A DNA stretch of 63,976 nt, counting the filler, from Candidatus Nezhaarchaeota archaeon WYZ-LMO8 (GTDB lineage Archaea > Thermoproteota > Methanomethylicia > Nezhaarchaeales > WYZ-LMO8): NCBI GenBank assembly GCA_004347965.1. It is 3 parts of 3 records of this genome, joined end to end, with 100 filler letters (N's around TTAATTAATTAA, not from the genome) between each part and the next. Parts side by side here need not be neighbours in the genome. Positions count along the whole stretch, not along the records: positions 30,326 to 59,631 come from QNVF01000016.1; 2 more parts are not named here. The stretch is one strand, 5' to 3'. The notes beneath the pieces are model-generated. The model made no database searches. It saw only the letters and a list, made by a program, of their open reading frames with translations, and had not been told where the DNA came from. Made by a program: the position numbers and the translations under genes. Positions 30,786 through 40,601 of the stretch are shown in pieces (the first letter of the stretch is position 1; every line of letters starts with the position of its first letter).

Positions 30786-32306
30786 ATGATGACTGGGAGA
30801 GAGTACGTAGAGAGTCTGAAGAAGCTTAAGCCTAAAGTATACTTCATGGGTAAAGAAGTCGAAAGCGTTGCCGACCATCCAGTGCTCAGACCACATGTTA
30901 ATGCAGCGGCGATGACGTACGAGCTGGCTCATGAGCCTGATTACGAAGAAATTATGACGGCGAGATCCCACCTTACTGGAGAGAAGATCAATAGGTTCAC
31001 TCACATACATCAAAGTACTGAGGACCTTGTTAAGAAGGTAAAGATGATGCGACTTCTTGGTCAAAAGACTGGAGCATGCTTTCAACGATGCGTTGGCTTC
31101 GACGCTCTCAATGCACTCTACATAGTAACTTATGACGTAGATAAGAAGCTTGGCACTGATTACCATGAGAGACTCAAGAAGTACTTGCTCTACGTTCAAA
31201 AGAATGATTTGATGTGTGCTGGTGCGATGACTGATGTGAAGGGCGATCGAGGGCTAAGACCTCATCAGCAGAAAGATCCAGACATGTATGTCCACGCAGT
31301 TGAGAAGACGGAAGCTGGAATAATAGTTAGAGGAGCGAAAGCCCACATAACTGGGGCTGCGAACTCTCACGAGATAATCGTCATGCCGACGAGGGCTTTA
31401 GGTCCAGAAGACAAAGATTATGCTGTCTCCTTCGCTGTCCCCGTCGACACAGAAGGTGTGTACTTGATCTTTGGAAGGCAGCCAAACGAGCTTAGAAGAC
31501 TTGAAAGCTTCATAGATTGTGGTAACGCTAAGTATGGAGCTGTTGGCGGTGAGGCCCTGATAATATTCGACAACGTCTTCGTGCCTTGGGAAAGGGTCTT
31601 CATGTGTGGAGAGTACGAGTTTGCAGGAGAGCTCGTAGAGATCTTTGCAACATTCCATAGACAGAACTATGGTGGCTGCAAAGTTGGTGTTGCCGATGTG
31701 CTCGTTGGTGCAACTACAAATATTGCTGAGTACATCGGAGTTGCTAATGCATCGCACGTAATCGATAAAATCACTGAGATGATGTTTATGGCAGAGGCCT
31801 GTTGGTGTGGCTCGCTTGCATGCTCATACGAAGGCTACAAGACGCCCTCTGGAGCCTACATGCCTAACCCATTACTCGCTAACGTTACGAAGCTCCTCAT
31901 AACTAGGTTTCCCTATGAATGGTCGAGGTTGGCACAAGACATTGCCGGAGGCCTACTTGCAACTTGTCCCTCAGAAAGAGACTTTAAGCATCCAAAGATT
32001 GGGAAGTTTGTAGAGAAGTACTGCAAGGGAGTTGCTGAAGTACCCACAGAGCATAGAATTCGAATGCTTAGGCTTATTGAGGCTCTCTCCATAGGTGCAC
32101 ACCTAGTAGAGTCACTGCATGGTGCTGGATCTCCTCAAGCGCAGAAGATAATGATCTGGAGGCGAGGAAACATCGAGGCGAAGAAGCAGTTAGCGAAGAT
32201 CATTGCTGGGATAGAGGAGGACAAGTACTTTAAGAGGATTACTGGCAAAAGCGAAGAAGAGTATTTCGAGGAATTTATGAGGAAAGTTAAACAAGCACAT
32301 AAATGA
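30786..32306 (+). CDS. abfD: 4-hydroxybutyryl-CoA dehydratase (HpaB/AbfD family)
   Basis: CFQRCVG Fe-S ligands, MTDVKGDR, GAKAHITG, HRQNYGGCK, ESLHGAGSPQAQ. Confidence 0.88.
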   Translation: MMTGREYVESLKKLKPKVYFMGKEVESVADHPVLRPHVNAAAMTYELAHEPDYEEIMTARSHLTGEKINRFTHIHQSTEDLVKKVKMMRLLGQKTGACFQRCVGFDALNALYIVTYDVDKKLGTDYHERLKKYLLYVQKNDLMCAGAMTDVKGDRGLRPHQQKDPDMYVHAVEKTEAGIIVRGAKAHITGAANSHEIIVMPTRALGPEDKDYAVSFAVPVDTEGVYLIFGRQPNELRRLESFIDCGNAKYGAVGGEALIIFDNVFVPWERVFMCGEYEFAGELVEIFATFHRQNYGGCKVGVADVLVGATTNIAEYIGVANASHVIDKITEMMFMAEACWCGSLACSYEGYKTPSGAYMPNPLLANVTKLLITRFPYEWSRLAQDIAGGLLATCPSERDFKHPKIGKFVEKYCKGVAEVPTEHRIRMLRLIEALSIGAHLVESLHGAGSPQAQKIMIWRRGNIEAKKQLAKIIAGIEEDKYFKRITGKSEEEYFEEFMRKVKQAHK

Positions 32307-32578
32307 AAGCTTTGCTGTAAACTAGGCTATGATGAGGGATCAGCATCCCCACTTAAGCATCATTCTTCAACATTTTTTTAAACTTAATATAGAAAACTTG
32401 ATTAAAGCTTGTTTAACTTCAATGAGATAGTAAGTATTTAGAATTACTGTGAATCATGAAGTGACTGAGCACTAAGATCACGTGACTTCGTCTCTAATTT
32501 TTAACGTGGTGTAAGGGGAGGTTTGTTATCTCATGCTGGTTAAAAAACTAAAAGAGGGAATAAAGGGGAATTCGCTTA

Positions 32579-34081
32579 CTAAATCCCTCTACTGAAGATC
32601 TCTATAACTACGTAGTTAGTTAACAGTTCTGCGATTTCTGGAGGAAGTGATGCTAAGAGCTGATAGATCATGCCCATCTCCTTGGGAAAACCTTTCTCTA
32701 AACCCAGTATCTTTAATATTCTTTCACCGTAAACGTTAACCATCCTCTCCATATCTGAAAGTATCTTTCCCAGCGTAGCCAAGTCCATTTCTCCAGGCAC
32801 GAGCATGCTGAATATGGTTCCGAACATTTCCAAAAGTCCTTCTGCTTCTCGTGGAGGCATTTTCTTCACAGCTTCTGTGCAAACTTTGAGGTCAGAGATC
32901 ATGAGGTCAGATAAATCGTCGTGGATCGGAGTAATTGTTAGATGTACGCTAGGTGGAATGTTCATGTTTGCTATTCCTTTTTGTGGTAGAAAGAGCCATC
33001 CCTTCTTCGCCATCTCATCACAAAGAGTGAAGAGGTTGAGTTCATCAGAGGTGAAGGCGGCTATAACCGATGGCTCGCCCATAATCTTATAGCCTATCTC
33101 CTTTAAGCCTTTAACTATCTTGTTTCTCGCACTCACTAACTTCTTTGCAAGCTCCATATAGCCCTCTTCACCTAAGAAGTGGAGTATAGCCCAAGCTGCA
33201 GCTAAGAGAGCTTCTGAGCGTGAAGATAGGACTGCTGGATTAACTATCGGGTATCCTGGCCACCTAATGTTCGCATATTGAGAGAACATCTTATAGAACT
33301 TCTTCCTGAAAAGTACGATGGATGCTCCAATTGGTGTGTAAGCATATTTATGGGGGTCCATAGAGATGGAGCAGACGCCCTCTATCCTGAAATCGAATTC
33401 TGGAATGTTCTCACCAAGCTTCTTCATGAATGGTAGCACGAAACCGCCAACACATGCATCGACATGCATCCATATGTTCTTGTCTAAGGCTATTTCAGCT
33501 AGGTCCTTTATTGGGTCTATAGTCCCAAATGGCCAGTTTGGCGTAGAACCAACTATCATTGCTGTATTCTCAGTTATAGCTTCATTTATGGCATCAGGAT
33601 CTGCTGTTAAGCTCTCCTCGTCAACTCTAACTCTCTTAACCTTAAGACCCATGTACTCTGCTGCCTTATCGTAGCAGGGATGTCCTGTTACTGGCATCAC
33701 TATTTCTGGAATCGTTATCATCCCCCTGCTTAAAATGAACCTATCTCTAGCTGCTTTCACCGCAAGAAAGACGCTTTCTGTACCTCCAAATGTGAAGGTT
33801 CCAGTGACTTGTTCATCACCATGCACCAACGAGGAAGCAATATCAATTAAGTCCTTCTCCATTCTAATCATGCTTGGAAACTCCGTGAAGTCAAGCATGT
33901 TCTTAAAAGCAAACATCTTGAGAACTTCAAAGGCAACTGCCCTGAGCTCCTCGACACCTGGTTCAAATGCTATCGTAAAGAGCTTCCCACTAAATGGATC
34001 AGCATCGTCTCTACAATACTCATTTAGTCTTTGAATTATCTCTTCCTTGCTTAAACCCTTCTTTGGTAGACCCTTTCTCAT
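32579..34081 (-). CDS. PLP-dependent group II enzyme, sphingosine-1-phosphate-lyase/MfnA-like
   Basis: GGTES, HVDACVGGF, FDFRIEGV.SIS.DPHKY; C-terminal extension. Confidence 0.82.
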   Translation of the reverse strand: MRKGLPKKGLSKEEIIQRLNEYCRDDADPFSGKLFTIAFEPGVEELRAVAFEVLKMFAFKNMLDFTEFPSMIRMEKDLIDIASSLVHGDEQVTGTFTFGGTESVFLAVKAARDRFILSRGMITIPEIVMPVTGHPCYDKAAEYMGLKVKRVRVDEESLTADPDAINEAITENTAMIVGSTPNWPFGTIDPIKDLAEIALDKNIWMHVDACVGGFVLPFMKKLGENIPEFDFRIEGVCSISMDPHKYAYTPIGASIVLFRKKFYKMFSQYANIRWPGYPIVNPAVLSSRSEALLAAAWAILHFLGEEGYMELAKKLVSARNKIVKGLKEIGYKIMGEPSVIAAFTSDELNLFTLCDEMAKKGWLFLPQKGIANMNIPPSVHLTITPIHDDLSDLMISDLKVCTEAVKKMPPREAEGLLEMFGTIFSMLVPGEMDLATLGKILSDMERMVNVYGERILKILGLEKGFPKEMGMIYQLLASLPPEIAELLTNYVVIEIFSRGI

Positions 34082-34502
34082 ACATTATTTTATGTGGTTG
34101 TGCTTAATAAGAACACCGGAGAGCTACACCGCTTCTACAGCCAACTTTATGAAGAAGTCTAAATAATTCCCTCTAACCTCAATAAGGATAGTGCCGTGTT
34201 TTGTAGGGTGATGTTTAATAGGCTTCCACAATTCCAGCATGAAGTCCCTTCGATTGTTACTTTGCTTAGTGACTATTAAGAACTCTTTTAAGGCTAGATG
34301 CCGAGTCAAAGGCTCTTAAGAACACATTAAAAGTTTTCTCCTAGAATTTTGATACGAGAAAGCTACTAGCAAGTACTTCTAAAATCGCTAAACATGATTG
34401 TAAAATTGTAAATGTGTTGGAGGTTTCGATGTTCGGTTTTTGATGGCTGCTTATAAAGCACGAGTATTAAGGTTTACTTCCTCGTTAAAAATGGGGTTGT
34501 TT

Positions 34503-34592
34503 ATGATTGAGGTGCTAATAGTAAGCTTAAGTGCATCTATAGCTTTAGTCTCTATCTACAAGGCGATGTATGCGATATTTAGGAGAAAATAA
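34503..34592 (+). CDS. Candidate 29-aa single-pass membrane microprotein
   Basis: MIEVLIVSLSASIALVSIYKAMYAIFRRK; GGGGTTG just upstream; TTATAAA at 34451. Confidence 0.35.
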   Translation: MIEVLIVSLSASIALVSIYKAMYAIFRRK

Positions 34593-34767
34593 CAAACTTA
34601 TGATGTATGGGATTATCAGGGTAAAATCGCAAAACCTGCTCGTAGATACGTAGCTCTCACGACATTAATATTCGCCACGCTACTTTACTGTGAAACTTTG
34701 CGTCCTTAGCATGACCTTTTAACTCTGAGCTATTACGCGAAATGATGGTGCCCTTGCATCAATGCAT

Positions 34768-35676
34768 TTACTTATATTTTTTCTTGAATCTTCTGCGTGG
34801 TGACATATACACGTCGATGTGGTATATCAAGTCACTTTCTTCTCTGATTAGATCTATCATTTGGTTTCGAAGTTTATATGCTTCTTCAATAGTAGTCTTA
34901 GGATTCACCTCTACGTGAATTGAAACTATGTAAAAAGAGCCTATTCTTCTAGCATCCACGAATTTCACGTGAACCCTCTCTAGACACCTTACAAGCTTCT
35001 CGAATATCTTTAACCTTAGTTCAACCTCTACGTTCCTCCCTATAATGGTCTTAAAAGTGTCGCGTAGCACCTCAACAATTCCGTGGAAGACGAATAATGT
35101 TAGCAACGCCGTAAACAAGGCTTCGTAACCGGGATTTCCCGTATAGCTAATTGTCAGCATGCCGGTTGTTGCTACTGCCGCTGCGAAAGTATCTATAACA
35201 GCATGCAGGTAGTCTATTTTAATGGCTTTTAGACCAAGCCTTTCATAGCGCTTTTTCTGAATCTTCATAGCTATGGCAGTGAATACTCCTCCAAGAACTG
35301 TCACAAGAGCTAATGCTGGGTGATATTCCCCACTCAATTCTTGTGGAGTATAGCTTGCAAAGTAGTTTACGAAGAAGTACCCGTAAACTCCAATCATCAC
35401 GAGAGCTACTAATGTAACTAAGATAGACTCTAGCATTATGATGCCTAACGGAAACCTTCTGTAAGATTTAGAAGCATAGCTCAATGAGGTTACGAAGAGA
35501 GCTTCGAGGATCGTATCTATTAACCAGTGTGCGAAGTCTGCTAACAGAACTATGTTATAAGCAAAGAATGTAAGAACCATTCCCTCAATAACCGTGCCAC
35601 TCAAGCTTAAGCTCAGTGAAATTTTGAAGCCTCCTACCGCCTCCCTCAACCTTGAGCTTATTGATCCATACTTCAT
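34768..35676 (-). CDS. Cation diffusion facilitator family transporter
   Basis: Six TM segments with HWLID and HAVID motifs; C-terminal ARRIG...HVEVNP..TIEEAY domain. Confidence 0.85.
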   Translation of the reverse strand: MKYGSISSRLREAVGGFKISLSLSLSGTVIEGMVLTFFAYNIVLLADFAHWLIDTILEALFVTSLSYASKSYRRFPLGIIMLESILVTLVALVMIGVYGYFFVNYFASYTPQELSGEYHPALALVTVLGGVFTAIAMKIQKKRYERLGLKAIKIDYLHAVIDTFAAAVATTGMLTISYTGNPGYEALFTALLTLFVFHGIVEVLRDTFKTIIGRNVEVELRLKIFEKLVRCLERVHVKFVDARRIGSFYIVSIHVEVNPKTTIEEAYKLRNQMIDLIREESDLIYHIDVYMSPRRRFKKKYK

Positions 35677-35780
35677 AGATACCAGCTTTTGCTGTGGTCA
35701 TACTAACTTGGTCTTCTCAAGCTGAAATATTCATCTGTTAGCTTGTTGCTGATACTGTAGATCACATTACGATGATTAAG

Positions 35781-35833
35781 TCAGACGAAACCTTGTGGTA
35801 AATTTGATCATAAGATGTGAGTATGTTCATCAT
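35781..35833 (-). ncRNA. Candidate C/D box sRNA
   Basis: ATGATGA-ACATACTCACAT-CTTA-TGATCAA-...CAAGGTTTCGT-CTGA, 53 nt, intergenic; internal boxes degenerate. Confidence 0.28.
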
Positions 35834-35947
35834 TAAATTTAAGACTTTCATATCCATGTGGCGGATACATAGTGAGCTAGATATTAGGCTTCTCTAACAA
35901 GAGATGTGAAGCGCTTATAAGTTTCGAAAACTCGATAAAGCGGTGAG

Positions 35948-36367
35948 CTACTCTTTCAAGGAGCTTCTACAAGCATATGTTGCTGCATCTAAAACACCAA
36001 TTATAATGCTTCCAGCAAGTATGATGTAGATGAGCAAAGATACGTCAAGAGTCACAATGAAGTTAGCAATGTTTGCTGAAACGATTCCACCATTCAATGC
36101 GAAGTAGAGATAAGAGGCTCCAACAAGTTTTGATAACACTCTGAAGACTGCACTGGATATAGTTGGTGCAACGTTTTCAGCTATACCAAGTGCTATGAAG
36201 ACTGTAAGTATCGTGAGGAAATCCATTGGTAGCTCTATGCCTACTGGTAAACCAGCTATACGTTGAAAGACACTTGGTAATGCAGCCACGTAAAGAAAGA
36301 AGTAGATTAAACCCGTTACGGCCCCCACTACTCCACGTGAGATGGTCTTTAATATCGTGCTAACCAA
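35948..36367 (-). CDS. Hypothetical membrane protein (about 4 TM)
   Basis: Hydrophobic ORF overlapping upstream gene. Confidence 0.7.
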   Translation of the reverse strand: MVSTILKTISRGVVGAVTGLIYFFLYVAALPSVFQRIAGLPVGIELPMDFLTILTVFIALGIAENVAPTISSAVFRVLSKLVGASYLYFALNGGIVSANIANFIVTLDVSLLIYIILAGSIIIGVLDAATYACRSSLKE

Positions 36368-36734
36368 CTCCCTTCACCTCAACGCTGTAGAGACCTGCAA
36401 TTCTAAACTTGAAGGCGAAGGGTGCTCGCTGCATCTCATTAAACTCTTCTATTCTAACTATGGTAGTGATGGATTTAACGTCTCCAGCATGTAGATCGCC
36501 TATATCAAAAATCCTCTCAGCCAACTTCATTTTTACGTCAGTCATAGGGATGGAGCCAGAATACGAAACTTCAATTCTTAAGAGGACGTGTGTCTCATTA
36601 AGTGCTTCACCCTTAACTTGGAGCCCAAGAAATGATGGATTTTGTGGTACTTCGATAGCAAACAGGAGTAATGGGTAGAGGAGTACGGCTATGACGATGA
36701 AGAAGACTATTGCTAGTATCGTGGGCGATCTCAA
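36360..36734 (-). CDS. Hypothetical protein, N-terminal TM plus beta-rich domain
   Basis: Signal anchor then alternating hydrophobic strands (GDLHAGDVKSIT, Ig-like pattern); overlaps both neighbours. Confidence 0.7.
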   Translation of the reverse strand: MRSPTILAIVFFIVIAVLLYPLLLFAIEVPQNPSFLGLQVKGEALNETHVLLRIEVSYSGSIPMTDVKMKLAERIFDIGDLHAGDVKSITTIVRIEEFNEMQRAPFAFKFRIAGLYSVEVKGVG

Positions 36735-37027
36735 CGCTTCTCTCCCTTCTCCTCCTTCTCTCCATGAAGTAGCTTTATCCCATTAGAGAGGAGTAGGCTT
36801 CCTCCCCAAACTATGAACGAGAGGAATATAGCCTTAACAGCTATTATCGAGAATAACGACAATATCTCCACAAGCGAAGTTTGAAGAGTTTTGGAAATCA
36901 GTATGTTGCTAGCAGACAAGTACTCATTGTATGCTACGTACACGACGAAGAGAATTAGTCCCACTCCTACCAATAATAGTATGGGTCCAAGCGTCTTGTT
37001 TAAAGCGACCCTCACAAGTTCCACCAT
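36731..37027 (-). CDS. Hypothetical 2-TM membrane protein
   Basis: Two hydrophobic helices; ATGA overlap with next gene. Confidence 0.7.
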   Translation of the reverse strand: MVELVRVALNKTLGPILLLVGVGLILFVVYVAYNEYLSASNILISKTLQTSLVEILSLFSIIAVKAIFLSFIVWGGSLLLSNGIKLLHGEKEEKGEKR

Positions 37028-37241
37028 ACTAAATGATGTTGAGTGAAGTATAAGTGAGTTTCCACAGTCCTAATCGGGAAACTTGAAGGAATGAATTAAA
37101 GGAATGAGCTTTAATCGTAGAGGGTCTAGTTCCTAGGCTGAACTATCTTGATCTTCTATTAACACACATGAAGCTACTTAATATATGCATACGAAATTTT
37201 CTTTACACTAAGTCCCTATAATTCATTATGGAAGTGAAACC

Positions 37242-37400
37242 ATGTCGGAATACGAGGGTAAGTGCCCTAGATGTGGATCTTCTTCAGCAAATTACGGCTT
37301 AGTCTTGATAACTGTTGGTATGACGAGGAAGGTAAGGGCATCCGTAAACGTATGCGGTAAATGCAGCTTACTCTTCTACGAGTTTAAACAACCACAATAG
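37242..37400 (+). CDS. Small Zn-ribbon protein (52 aa)
   Basis: Manual translation MSEYEGKCPRCGSSSANYGLVLITVGMTRKVRASVNVCGKCSLLFYEFKQPQ; two CxxC; below ORF-track cutoff. Confidence 0.7.
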   Translation: MSEYEGKCPRCGSSSANYGLVLITVGMTRKVRASVNVCGKCSLLFYEFKQPQ

Positions 37401-37472
37401 CGTCCTAAACCATCAATAAAACTCTTTCTTTTTGGCTTAAAGAACACTATGAGGGTAAAGAAAGATGGAGGT

Positions 37473-37838
37473 TTAGACCTTACCTCTTTGTCTCTCCAAC
37501 ACTCGTGAAAGGAAGTAACCGAATGATGCTCCAAGTAGTCCTAGAACTAAGACTAGAACTAAGGAAATGATTAAGATCAATGAGAACATTGATGCTGCGA
37601 TGCCTACTCCAATAGGGTTCATTACATAATATGCTCCTAGATATATTATCCAGCACATCAACAAGCCTAGCCCACCTGCGATCACTGCTTTTACGAAGCT
37701 TTTTGATAGAAAACCACCTACTATGCTTGCAATGACGAGTAGCACCCATATCCTCGTTAGCTCAAGTGCACACGCTATGACTAAGGTTATGAGCAAGCAG
37801 ATCAGTAAACCAAGTCTTCGCATGCCATCACCTCTCAA
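37473..37838 (-). CDS. Hypothetical multi-TM membrane protein
   Basis: Gly-rich hydrophobic ORF translationally coupled to the acylase. Confidence 0.72.
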   Translation of the reverse strand: MRGDGMRRLGLLICLLITLVIACALELTRIWVLLVIASIVGGFLSKSFVKAVIAGGLGLLMCWIIYLGAYYVMNPIGVGIAASMFSLILIISLVLVLVLGLLGASFGYFLSRVLERQRGKV

Positions 37839-40366
37839 CCAGTAGGTGTAAGTATGATCCTACATACAGCATCCTTAACGTCCTCCGACTTAGCTGGAAA
37901 ACTCATGGTCTTGTATTTGCCATCAAGCCACATTCTAAGCTGATCGTAATACCACTCACTAAACGGGTTGCCTGATTGTCCACCTGGAATTACGCATAGG
38001 CTGTCATTCAGGTTAGCGAAGTTTAGTATCATCCTCCAAGAGGGGCCGTGACCACCGCCTTTCGCTATGTTGTTTACGCAATCGCTCCAACCAGGAGCCT
38101 CCCAAGCCGGATAGCTAAGTCCCCTAAACACGGTTCCTAGTTGATGCTCAGCACGTAGTTTATGAAGTTCGCCCAACCTCCACTTATGAGGATCATCGGT
38201 TTTGAATATGCCTTTAAGCTCCTCGACTGCTGCGTTGAGTGCCCTCTTTGCGATGTCAACTGCATCTTCGACTAAACCTTTCGTCGTAATGTCATCGAAC
38301 CACTTAGATTTCGGATTGTACAGCACTAAGTATTCTAATGTGCTATCTGGGACTCTATCCCAATAGTCTCTAAGACCCTTTTCTTCTAGTTCATCAATGA
38401 AGGTGTACATTTTGAAGTACTTGTACCATGTTATAAAGATGGCTGCCGCAGGAGAATCAATGCTCATTTCGTAGCTCCACGCTTTAAGTATGCTTTTAAT
38501 TTCTCCATCAGCCACGCTCACTAAGAGTTGGGTTAAGTTCCTTGCAAGTACGAATTGAACATCGTTCTGTATGCTACGCATGTCATTCATCGTGATTTTT
38601 CGCCCACTCCTTATGATATCCTCAATACGCTCAGTAATCCTGAAGGCTCTATAGTAGTCTGCAAATGTCCAAGCAACGTCGTAGATGAATGGATAATCGC
38701 TTACAGAAGCTAGTTTGTTGTTGGCTGTCACCACGTACCCCCATGGTGGATTCAATAGTTGAGGAGCCTCCCACGGCTCTATCCAGTCTTCCTCGTTCCA
38801 CTCAACAACGTCGAGTGCACTGCCATTTATTGGAAGTCGAGGTAGTAGTGGGTTAAGTGCTACAGCATTTGTTCCGTTAGGATACGTTCTGTTGGGATAT
38901 TTACCGCATGCCCTCCACCCTATGTTGCCGTAAATGTCTGCAACCACGTGGTTCTGTGGAGGTGTTTGGAAGTAGTTCATCGCATCGAAGAATTCACTAA
39001 TGTTGCGTGCACGTGAATACTTCCAGATAGCAACAGCCTCCGTTGTCCCTTTATGGCCAATCCAGCACATAGCAAATCGTGCTCCTCCCCTCTCTATTAA
39101 GGGACCGTGAACCGTGAAGTTTATGTAAATCGATCTCTCTTCGTAGCCTCCATCAGTCTTGACCCTTATGACCTCCTTCCTCCGATCTATCTTGCGAAGC
39201 TCGCCCTTGTACCAGTAATGGGTTTCATTTGCCCACTCATAGTAGTAGAAGTCTATTTGATCGGCCATGACGTTCGTGAAGCCCCAGCCAACGTATTGGT
39301 TGCTTCCTATAACCACAAGCGGGATACCTGGAAAAGTAACTCCTCTAACAATGAAGAGCTCGCCACCGCTTCTAACAGCATAATGAAGTTCGTACCATAC
39401 AGGTGGTACAGTTAACTGTAGGTGTGGATCGTTGCATAAGATTGGCTTGCCAGTATCAGTTAAAGCTCTACTAATCACCCAATTGTTCGATGCAAAGGCG
39501 TCAATTATAGGTGGCATCCAGGCATCCACAGATCTCTTCCACTCAAGTATTGACATCACGTCTTTGCTGTTCATGTGTATAGGTAGTGCAACAAGCCTTC
39601 CAGCAAGTTCCGAGTAATTGCCAAGAACAACTTTGTGACCAGGTTTCACGATATATGTCTCTAAATATCGATCGAGAGGAATAAGCTCCCAGACTTTGTC
39701 TCCAAGTCTTGAGTACAGCAAGTAGAGCTCGATGTCAGCGAAGGTCCCCGTTAACCCCCAAGCAATAAGCCTTGCTATCTCAAAAACGTTTAGTGGTGTC
39801 CAAGGTTCTGGCTCATACCCTAATAGCTTAAACTCTACTGGAAGTCCTTTGCTTGCCTTCATTTCTTCAATCGCCTTATTTACGCCACTACAATACGCCT
39901 CCAATAATTCGTATAGTTCAGGATGTTTAGCCTTAATTAGTTGGAGACTGGCTTCAGCACCTCTATGCAACCCAATAATTCTTTGGAACAAGTCTACGTC
40001 GTAAGCTATGCTACCAAATATCTCGGATAATCGGCCTTCCACTAGCCTCCTTTGAAGATCCATTTGCCAGAGCCTGTCATTTGCATGTATATATCCAATA
40101 GCAAAAGCAAGGTCCTTATCTGAATCTGCAAATATGTGTGGAACTCCATACCTGTCAATCACGATTATCACTTGACTTGTTAAGCCAGGTATCACAACCC
40201 TCTTATCGGCTGGAAGCTTAGCAACCACAGCATTTACCCATACACCTGAAGTAGGATCTGTAAGGGTAAGGAGTCTGTATGGTGAAAGAGGAATGGAGTA
40301 AGGCACTAGAAGCAATACTAAAAGCACTAGCGACACTACTAGACCTACTACCTCCTTTCTCTTCAT
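37835..40366 (-). CDS. Penicillin acylase family (Ntn-hydrolase), membrane-anchored
   Basis: DRYGVPHI, DRLWQMD, SNNW nucleophile site, NDPHL, TANN, PGGQSGNP. Confidence 0.92.
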   Translation of the reverse strand: MKRKEVVGLVVSLVLLVLLLVPYSIPLSPYRLLTLTDPTSGVWVNAVVAKLPADKRVVIPGLTSQVIIVIDRYGVPHIFADSDKDLAFAIGYIHANDRLWQMDLQRRLVEGRLSEIFGSIAYDVDLFQRIIGLHRGAEASLQLIKAKHPELYELLEAYCSGVNKAIEEMKASKGLPVEFKLLGYEPEPWTPLNVFEIARLIAWGLTGTFADIELYLLYSRLGDKVWELIPLDRYLETYIVKPGHKVVLGNYSELAGRLVALPIHMNSKDVMSILEWKRSVDAWMPPIIDAFASNNWVISRALTDTGKPILCNDPHLQLTVPPVWYELHYAVRSGGELFIVRGVTFPGIPLVVIGSNQYVGWGFTNVMADQIDFYYYEWANETHYWYKGELRKIDRRKEVIRVKTDGGYEERSIYINFTVHGPLIERGGARFAMCWIGHKGTTEAVAIWKYSRARNISEFFDAMNYFQTPPQNHVVADIYGNIGWRACGKYPNRTYPNGTNAVALNPLLPRLPINGSALDVVEWNEEDWIEPWEAPQLLNPPWGYVVTANNKLASVSDYPFIYDVAWTFADYYRAFRITERIEDIIRSGRKITMNDMRSIQNDVQFVLARNLTQLLVSVADGEIKSILKAWSYEMSIDSPAAAIFITWYKYFKMYTFIDELEEKGLRDYWDRVPDSTLEYLVLYNPKSKWFDDITTKGLVEDAVDIAKRALNAAVEELKGIFKTDDPHKWRLGELHKLRAEHQLGTVFRGLSYPAWEAPGWSDCVNNIAKGGGHGPSWRMILNFANLNDSLCVIPGGQSGNPFSEWYYDQLRMWLDGKYKTMSFPAKSEDVKDAVCRIILTPTG

Positions 40367-40601
40367 TTTCTAAACCCCATCTCTACTTATTATTATGATC
40401 AGAAAACTTTAGCTCTTCCTCTATGCTCACACTTCCGATTTACCAAAATGGTACGGCTTTAATAACTAGAATGATGAAGTAGACTACTTTGGAGCACTAG
40501 ATCATCGTAGGAAGCTTCATATCACGCATAAGTGATAGCTTAGATAGCTAAGTTAATTTATGAGAACTTGACCCCATATAGCTCTTCGTGGAGGTTCTAG
40601 G

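Noticed and set aside
32329..32380. ATGATGA plus GGGAT-CAGC-ATCCC hairpin after abfD
   Set aside because: No D box at a suitable distance; more likely part of a terminator region before the T-tract
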